Source of the DNA: Octopus sinensis
Taxonomy: Eukaryota
Reading direction: 5' to 3'
Assembly: GCF_006345805.1 (NCBI RefSeq)
Contig: NW_021834583.1
Location: 1-46,929 of the forward strand
DNA length: 46,929 nt
Part shown: positions 38,591 to 46,929 of the stretch, piece after piece
How the letters are laid out: each line of letters starts with the position of its first letter
How positions within the stretch are numbered: position 1 is the stretch's first letter
Translations under genes and position numbers: made by a program
Notes under the pieces: generated by a model
What the model saw: only the letters and a program-made list of their open reading frames with translations
Told to the model about the DNA's origin: nothing
Databases searched by the model: none

Positions 38591-38767
38591 GCACACATAG
38601 GCACACATATATTCTAATTTAAATATTTCTCTGATACATTATATCCTTTATGTGTTTGTTCATTTTATGGTTATTTCGATTCTGTGTATTATTCGTTTAC
38701 CATTCCATTTCTGCATTTTAAAGATCTTTTCGCAGACAACTCTATTCAACGACAGATTATTTATTAC

Positions 38768-38850
<83 letters not shown>

Positions 38851-38928
38851 GTAGTATCATCATCATCATCATTAATATTATTATTATTATTATTATCATT
38901 ATCTGTCTTCCTACTTCTTTACTGATTT

Positions 38929-38975
<47 letters not shown>

Positions 38976-39886
38976 ATATTATATATATATATATGGGGGG
39001 GTTGTGTGTGTGTGTGTGTGTATACACCTTCATGCATACATACATACGTGCATTCATATGTATATATTTATGAGGTATGTTGCTATTAATATTTGCAAAA
39101 ATATTTTATTGAAACGGTTAAGAGGTATGTGGGAATAACGACCGAAATAAAAAACCTTTAAAATATATAACAACAGCGACGACGACAACAACAACAACAA
39201 CAACAACGGCGATAGAATCAACTTCAACAACAACAGCAACAATAACAACAACAGCAACAACAACAGCAACAACAGCATCAGTAATTCAACCAGTGTTTTA
39301 AGGATTAAAATATACAACAATTTGCAGAATACTGTCGAGTGTTCTATCTGTAATAAATGCGGTGAACCCATGCATTATATTGTTTTTCTTTCATTTCAGT
39401 CAAAGTCTTACTTTAAGGTGAATTTATTCTCTCGTTGATGAACATCAATTGAAGAATTTGGTGATCAATATTTCTGCAAAGGAGGAGGGATAGAATGAGG
39501 CAGAGTAAGAGAGAGATAAGGAGAGGGAAGAGAAGAAAGCGAAGGAGAGAATTGTAGAATTAATGAGCATTGCAGGAAGAATAAAAAAAAACCGTATTTT
39601 ATATGCGCACGACTTTGTATGTAAATATACGTTAGGAATAGATGTACGCATATACATGTATATATATACATATGTATGTATGGTGTTTATGCATGTATGC
39701 AGGTGCGAGTATATGACTGTGTGGGTAGTGGATGCATGCAAGCATTTATGTCTGTGTATACGCATGCGCACAGAGGAACTCGTGAAAAATGTAGATTTAA
39801 TGAGCATTAGAGGCTGGAAATATATATTACTGTGGAAAGGTTTTTATAGGTTTATAGCTTTGGATATATATATATATATATATATA

Positions 39887-39937
<51 letters not shown>

Positions 39938-39952
39938 ATGGATATACTACAA

Positions 39953-39990
<38 letters not shown>

Positions 39991-40717
39991 GCATATTTAA
40001 TGAGAATTAAAGGTAGAAAATAAATCTATAAATGTTGAAAGGTATGTAACCAAATTGCATTACGTGTGTCGGAGTGGTGTGGTGATTTAATGGGAATTAG
40101 AGGTAAAACTATATGTATAAATATTGAAAGGTGTTTTATACCTAACGTATTTTTATGTAAATGCACACACACACACACACATGCACACAGACACACACAC
40201 ACATACACACACGCACGTTTTATATATGAGAGGTCGGAAAGAAGCAACGGAAATTAAATTTCTGTGTATAGAAGAATTAGAATTTGTTGGTAGGAACTAA
40301 AGAACCGTGTCAATATGAACGCACAGACATCACACAACACACACACACACACACACCACACACACATTTGCAGATAAATAGATAGATAGGTACATAAATA
40401 TGTACTTATATGTTTATAGTTATATGCATATGTATAATAATTTGGTGTACGACTCCAGAGGTATTAAATCTTTATTTGTTCTTTGCATCTATCAGAAGGT
40501 AGTGAGAAACATGTTGCACTTACGACTATACGAATCTGACCATTTCCTGCTAGCCTCAGCGCTGGTCAGAACCATTAGATTCGTTAATAGGTATCGGTGT
40601 CTCAGAGATATCTACTTGACATCGGATGAAACGAAAGTGCAGAACTAGAAGTTGTGTGTGTAATAACTTATTTAAACACAAATTCGCTCATACATACATA
40701 CACACACACCCACACAC

Positions 40718-40748
<31 letters not shown>

Positions 40749-40795
40749 AAGTGAGAGAGAGAGAAAGAGATGTACACATATATATATTCATAATT

Positions 40796-40846
<51 letters not shown>

Positions 40847-41416
40847 ATATATTTATATGTGTATATATATATTTATGTATATATATATATATGTTTATAT
40901 ATATATGCATATATAAAATGCATGTCCCTATATAAATCTATCATGTTTTGTCTACCTATCGATTTCTCGTTCAATTTAGGTTATTTGTACTGTACAAAGA
41001 AATACATACACGCGCGCGCACACACACACACACATGTCTATATATATAAATATTAATTTTTATTTCTTTCTTTTTGCGTTTCGAACAATAGTCGGAATAT
41101 AAATGTACAGATTTACGTATAAGTATTTGTTTGTTTACATGCATACATACATACATACATATTTACATATTTTGCATACGTAATTAAACGAATGGGTTTA
41201 CGCAAATCTGTGCTCTTACATTTCAAACTATTGTTCTAAACGCAAGAAGAAATAATTACTTTTTGATTAATATAGTGAATATAGTAACAAAATGTTTTCT
41301 TTAATTCCATAGTTAATCACATTCTCTCCTCCTACATCTCCTCCTTTTCATCGCATACTTGGTCTTATTTTTTCTTCATCACCATCATCATCATCATCAT
41401 CATCACCACTACCACC

Positions 41417-41449
<33 letters not shown>

Positions 41450-41702
41450 CTCCTCCTCCTCATCATCATCATCATCATCATTAGTTTCACCATCTTCAAC
41501 GTTATCTTTCTCTGTTATTGTTGTTTATTGTTTCTTTCGAGGCATTTCTTCCGCTTTTACTATCCGATTTCAAATTCCGCCTAGTTTGACTTTGACTTTC
41601 CTCCTTTCACGATCGATGGACTGAAAACCAATAAAGTACTGTAATCGATATAATCGACGAGTTCCTTTCCAGAAGAATTCAGTCTTTGTGCCTATAACAG
41701 AG

Positions 41703-41910
41703 AATTGGCGGAATCATTAACACACCGGTTAAAATGCTTAGTGGCATTTCGGCTGTCTTTATGTTCTGGTTTCAAATTTTACTGGGGCCGAATAAGCCTT
41801 TCATCCTTTCGGGGTCGATAAATCAAGCACCACTGAAACACTGGGGTCGATGTAATCGACTGGTCTCCTCCCAAAAATTTCAGTTTTTGTACATTTAGTA
41901 GAAAGGATTA
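41703..41910 (+). mobile_element. SINE family C variant (diverged)
   Basis: GCCTTTCATCCTTTCGGGGTCGATAAAT...GGGGTCGATGTAATCGACT. Confidence 0.7.
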
Positions 41911-41932
41911 TTATTATTATTATTATTATTAT

Positions 41933-42008
<76 letters not shown>

Positions 42009-42034
42009 ACTACTACTACTACTACTACTACTAC

Positions 42035-42087
<53 letters not shown>

Positions 42088-42090
42088 TCT

Positions 42091-42865
42091 TGAGTGAGAG
42101 AGCAGTGCATGCCATCAAAGTGACACTGGGGTAAAATATACGAAGCCCAATATATCCATCATGACTACCCGACTGATAAAGGTACACCAGGCACATGCAT
42201 CACAACCATATATGCATGACAAGGCGGCGAGCTGGTAGAAACGTTAGCACGCCGGGCGAAATTCGTAGCCGTATTTCATCTGTCGTTACGTTCCGAGTTC
42301 AAATTCCGCCGAGTCGACTTTGCCGTTCATCCTTTCGGGGTCGATAAATTAAGTACCAGTTACGCACTGGGGTCGATGTAATCGACTTAATCCCTTTGTC
42401 TGTCCTTGTTTGTCCCCTCTTTGTTTAGCCCCGTGTGGGTAGTAAAGAAATATATATGCATGACATGGTGATCTCATATCAAGATAAACAGCGCATGACC
42501 TTACATGTGGAGCCCAGTTAGAATTTTCTTCTGGTCGAGTAACCCATCCTGCTCAAAAGGTCCCTAAATATGGGTTGTTTAAAGATGTTGAACGAAACAC
42601 CGATGTTTCCAGAGGTGAATTATTCAAACCCCAAAGAATCCCTCTCAACATTTCTGCTCGTGATCAGAGATGCACATATCGTCAGGCACTAAGGGACATG
42701 CTCAAGTAGTTAAGGTCAAACAACTAACAAGCAAATCTGTGGTATTGAGCAGAATATTTGCTGTAGTCCATCTTTTATACCAAGACAAAACAATGTACAT
42801 GATAACACTTCCAATTAGTTATGATCAGAAGCCACGAGAGCCACTGCCTAGCACTGCATCAGGGC
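42091..42865. mobile_element. ~530-bp (ATT)n-embedded repeat, copy C (reverse orientation), interrupted by a SINE
   Basis: Reverse complement of 11321-11852 plus an extra terminus GCATCAGGGC; (ATT)n on both sides. Confidence 0.85.
42222..42451 (+). mobile_element. Full-length SINE family C with 14-bp TSD
   Basis: ATATATGCATGACA at 42208-42221 and 42452-42465. Confidence 0.92.
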
Positions 42866-42913
42866 ATTATTAATTATTATTAATTATTATTAAATATTAT
42901 TATTATTATTATT

Positions 42914-43660
42914 CAGTAGTATATTTTTTATATCGTGCTTTCACTTCACTAACGAGCACAGCTCTGTGTGCCTTGGGTATGTGCTGTGATTTGTTGTGAT
43001 GCTCTGATGGTTATTCTATGGAAAGTGTTCTGCGTAGGATGTGTGCAGTGCCTAGTAGTGCAATTTTCTGTATGTTATATGTGTTTGTAAGTCCTGGTGT
43101 TTTTGTTATGTATTTGTCTGAATATTTTTTATCATGCCTAATGCACCTATTATGATAGGAATTGTTTCTGTTTTTAGATTCCACATTCTGGTTACCTCTA
43201 TTTCCAGGTCTTTGTATTTTGAAAGTTTCTCCATTTCTTTGAGAGACACGTTGACATCCGCTGGTATTGATACATCAATTAGAAAACATTTTTTTCTTCA
43301 TGATCTCTGACAACTATATCTGGTCTGTTGGCCTTAATTTCTCTATCTGTGTGTATTGGCATATCCCAGAGTATGGTTGCTTTCTCGTTTTCTGTGACCT
43401 TTTCTGGTGTGTGCCTATACCATCTTTTTTCTGTTGTTATTCCATAATGTTGGCATAGTTTCCAGTGTATATAGGTCCCAACTCTGTCGTGTCTGTGAAT
43501 ATATTCCTTCTTAGCCAGGACTGGGCAGCCAGAGATAATATGATTTATTGTTTCTTGTCCATCTCCACATATTCTGCAGTTACTTGTTATATTTCTTTTC
43601 ATTACATGTTTTTGGTAATTTCTGGTGGGGAGGCTTTGGTCTTGTGCTGCAAGTAAAATT
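42914..43660 (-). mobile_element. 5'-truncated R4/Dong-clade LINE (CCHC knuckle plus restriction-like endonuclease), in (ATT)n
   Basis: AAQDQSLPTRNY...CRICGDGQETINHIISGC...RHDRV...ANRPDIVVRD, then one frameshift near 43285, then CFLIDVSIP...EKLSKYKDL...IIIGALG...ALLGTAHILRRTL* (stop 43011). Dong-type elements target TAA repeats. Confidence 0.9.
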
Positions 43661-43693
43661 ATTAGTATTATTGTTATTATTATTATTTTTGTT

Positions 43694-43732
<39 letters not shown>

Positions 43733-43747
43733 CTTCTTCTTCTTCTT

Positions 43748-43831
<84 letters not shown>

Positions 43832-43867
43832 GTTTTGTTGCTGTTGTTATCGTCGTCGTCATAATCA

Positions 43868-44250
43868 CGGCAAAGAAATGCTTTGCGGCGTTTCGTCCGT
43901 CTGTACGTTCTGCATTCAAATTCCGCCGAGGTTGACTTTGCCTTTCATCCTTTCTAGGTCTATTAATTAAAGACCAGTAAAACAATGAGGTCGATGTAAT
44001 CGACTAGCACCCTCCACCGATATTTCAGGCCTTGTGCTCATATTAGAAAGGATTGTTTTCATTTTTGTTGCTTAGTGGTGTTTTGTCCGTGTTTACGTTT
44101 TGAGTTCAAATACCGCCTTAGGTGTTGACTTTGGCTTTCATCCTCATGGGACCGATACAGTAAGTAGCAATCGATCATCGATCACTGGGATCGATGAAAT
44201 CGTCTTATTCCTTACCTCGAAACCGCTGGCTTTGTTCCAAAATTTGAAAC
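43868..44250 (+). mobile_element. Two decayed SINE family C variants
   Basis: TTCAAATTCCGCCGAGGTTGACTTTGCCTTTCATCC and TTCAAATACCGCC...GGCTTTCATCC. Confidence 0.65.
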
Positions 44251-44875
44251 TGTTTCATCTTTATTATTGTTATTATCAATATTGATAGTAGTAGTAGTAG
44301 TTGTTGTTGTTGTTGTAGCAGTAGTAGTAGCAGTAGTAGTAGTAGTAGTATTAGTAGTAGTAGTAGTAGTAGTATCTGATGACCCACACAAACACGTTTC
44401 TCATATCTTTTTTCAAGGTTCTAGACTGTATCAGGGGAATCTGCATGGAAGAATACATTTATAAAATTATATTATCATAGAGAGAGAAACTAGAAAAACA
44501 CGGTCGTTTGCTCATAAATTTTACTGACAAAAGAAAAACAGAAACAGAAAACGGCTGTTTTTAAATAATTTTTCATTTTTTTTCTTTGTCTATTCGTAGC
44601 TATAAAGTGTCTGTCCGAAACTTAAACAAAATTATAGAAATTGCAACAAAAATAATGGAAACCAACCTAAATCCACGATGTAGTATGGACAAATAAAAAA
44701 AAAAGCCCGAAAATTAATGAATATATTTTAGAGTAAAATACATTTATAAAAAAAATAGAAACTTTTATAGATACTAACGCAAAAGTTCGGTAACAGCATC
44801 GCCACGCACACACACTCATATGAATACATACATTCATACACGTAGGCACATGTATATGCTCGTAGAGGGAACAGT

Positions 44876-45204
44876 GAGGGCGATGGTCTTAGTGGTTAGG
44901 GCATTCGGCTCATGATCGTAAGGTTGTGAGTTCGATTCCCGGCGACACGTTATGTCCTTGAGCAAGACACTTTATTTCACGTTGCTCCAGTCCACTCAGC
45001 TGGCAAAAATGAGTTGTACTTGTATTTCAAAGGGTCAGCCTTGTCACTCTCTGTGTCACGCTGATTATCCCCGAGAACTACGTTAAGGGTACACGTGTCT
45101 GTGGAATGCTCAGCCATTTGCACGTTAATTTCACGAGCAAGCTGTTCCGTTGATCGTATCAGCTGGGACCCTCGTCGTCGTAACCGGCGGAGTCTTTTTT
45201 TTTT
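44876..45204 (+). mobile_element. Full-length SINE family A with 13-bp TSD and oligo-T end
   Basis: A box CTTAGTGGTTAGG, B box GAGTTCGATTCCC; TAGAGGGAACAGT at 44863-44875 and 45205-45217. Confidence 0.9.
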
Positions 45205-45277
45205 TAGAGGGAACAGTTTTTTTATGAATATTTCATTAAATACACGAGCTTTTTCAAGTCTTAACTAAGTATGTATG

Positions 45278-45369
<92 letters not shown>

Positions 45370-45450
45370 CATATACACAGACATATATCTATATCTATCA
45401 ATCAACACCTTTTTTCTTTCTTCTCTCTCTCACTCTCTCTCTCTCTCTCG

Positions 45451-45583
<133 letters not shown>

Positions 45584-45919
45584 CCATACGAAAATAATTC
45601 TGAACTATAAGATAACAGCAGTAACACTGAAAATGTGACATCATTCTATGCCAACAATATATGAATAACGTAAATGTAAATATGAAGCCGCCCTAAGCTG
45701 AAAAAAGAGCTTTTTGGCATCACTGTAAACATAAATGGTGCCTGTTCATCCAGTGCTTTCACACAAACACAGAACGATGGTTTTCTTGCTTACCGTTGTA
45801 GTTCAGAGTGATGCGATGCCTCTATCGAATAGATCACGCCATATTAAATAATATACGGTGCAGTTGAAAGGGAAGGTAGATCTCGAAAACTGCTGAGAAA
45901 GTGCCTCGTACACCTAGGT

Positions 45920-46193
45920 ATCATCATCACCATTGTTCGACTGTGGTCGAGACAATGGTATTTATTATGTTACGCCAGACTTCACGGTCCATCATAGCAT
46001 TATGGAGGTCCTGTTGTTGGATGCCTGTATCCCTGGAGATTACATCAGAGTAGGAGAGTGTGTGCCCTCTGGTATCGCGAGCAGATGGCTTCCAGAGGAG
46101 AAGAGTAGAAATAGCCTCGTTTTCAGCTCTACAACAATGTCCAGCAAACTGGACTCTCCTACGTGTCTGGACTTTTAACTGAACTTTGAACAT
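45920..46193 (-). mobile_element. RTE-clade LINE 3' end, copy 1, (GAT)n tail
   Basis: RRVQFAGHCCRAENEAISTLLLWKP...MMDREVWRNII, ending in TGATGATGAT on the minus strand. Confidence 0.85.
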
Positions 46194-46196
46194 GTC

Positions 46197-46284
<88 letters not shown>

Positions 46285-46308
46285 TATATATATGTATGTA
46301 TATATATA

Positions 46309-46600
46309 TCATCATTCATTGTTCGACCGTGGTCGAGACAATGGTATTTATTATGTTACGCCAGACTTCACGGTTCATCATGGCATTATGGAGGTTCTGT
46401 TGCTGGATGCTTGTATCCCCGGAGATTACATCAGGGTAGGAGAGCGTGAGCCCTCTGGTATCGCGTGCAGCTGGCTTCCAGAGGAGAAGAGTAGAAATTA
46501 ACTCGTTTGCAAGGCATGCTAAATGTACAAGGAATAATAAATCGCTCGACATATCGCATACAACAATGTCCAGCAAACTGGACTCTTCTACCTTTCACAA
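46309..46600 (-). mobile_element. RTE-clade LINE 3' end, copy 2 (with ~60-bp insertion)
   Basis: ISTLLLWKPAARDTRGLTLSYPDVIS...MMNREVWRNII; extra sequence at about 46500-46560. Confidence 0.85.
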
Positions 46601-46929
46601 TAGATGTAGTCTATTCTTCTCATTTATGGAACGAAAAATATGCAGTTCACTTTAATAGAGTTCCGTTCTTTGTTAATTTTGTGCACTGCAACGGGAGGTG
46701 GTGGGCACAGACTGATTTCTAACGATAAATGTTCTGTTGGATACACTATGATTATGGAAATTCTGTTGAACCTCGGTATTCACAGTAATGTTGTAATGGC
46801 TGGATGTGGATAGAAACGTTTTAATAGTGCTAGCAGAAGCCAGACATATCAGTTGCTACGCATGCGATAGTAAGTCATTTAATGGCTTTCTCTCCAGAGA
46901 TTAAAGGAAAGCTAAACTGACAGGAGTAG

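Noticed and set aside
40460-40650. Coding exon in unique sequence
   Set aside because: Minus-strand acceptor/donor pair encloses stops in all three frames; the plus-strand ORF has no recognisable motif.

Overview
Non-coding, AT-rich, microsatellite-saturated animal DNA. The SINE, LINE and microsatellite make-up suggests an octopus or other coleoid cephalopod (inference). No intact host gene is supportable, and most ORFs in the track are translated microsatellites. The main result is two unrelated tandem arrays of about 485-490 bp units (3533-5814 and 20103-23424). Every unit carries a type I hammerhead ribozyme, so they resemble retrozymes (circRNA-type retroelements). Both arrays sit inside (TA)n tracts, and both are head-to-head palindromes with a short (57 or 37 bp) spacer. 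Array 1 has a hammerhead with a ~68-nt stem II insert and breakpoints compatible with twin priming. Array 2 has a 48-nt minimal hammerhead whose three helices are all palindromic. Other highlights: (a) a 3.36-kb composite unit of two direct MITE copies bounded by one 8-bp target-site duplication (TSD) and carrying GATA-anchored Tx1/L1-like pieces; (b) a Dong/R4 LINE 3' end in (ATT)n; (c) RTE LINE, mariner and Tc1 relics; (d) many tRNA-derived SINEs, two with clean TSDs; (e) two local duplications. The sequence shows 1-bp indel noise typical of long reads. All ribozyme folds were assigned by eye and are untested.
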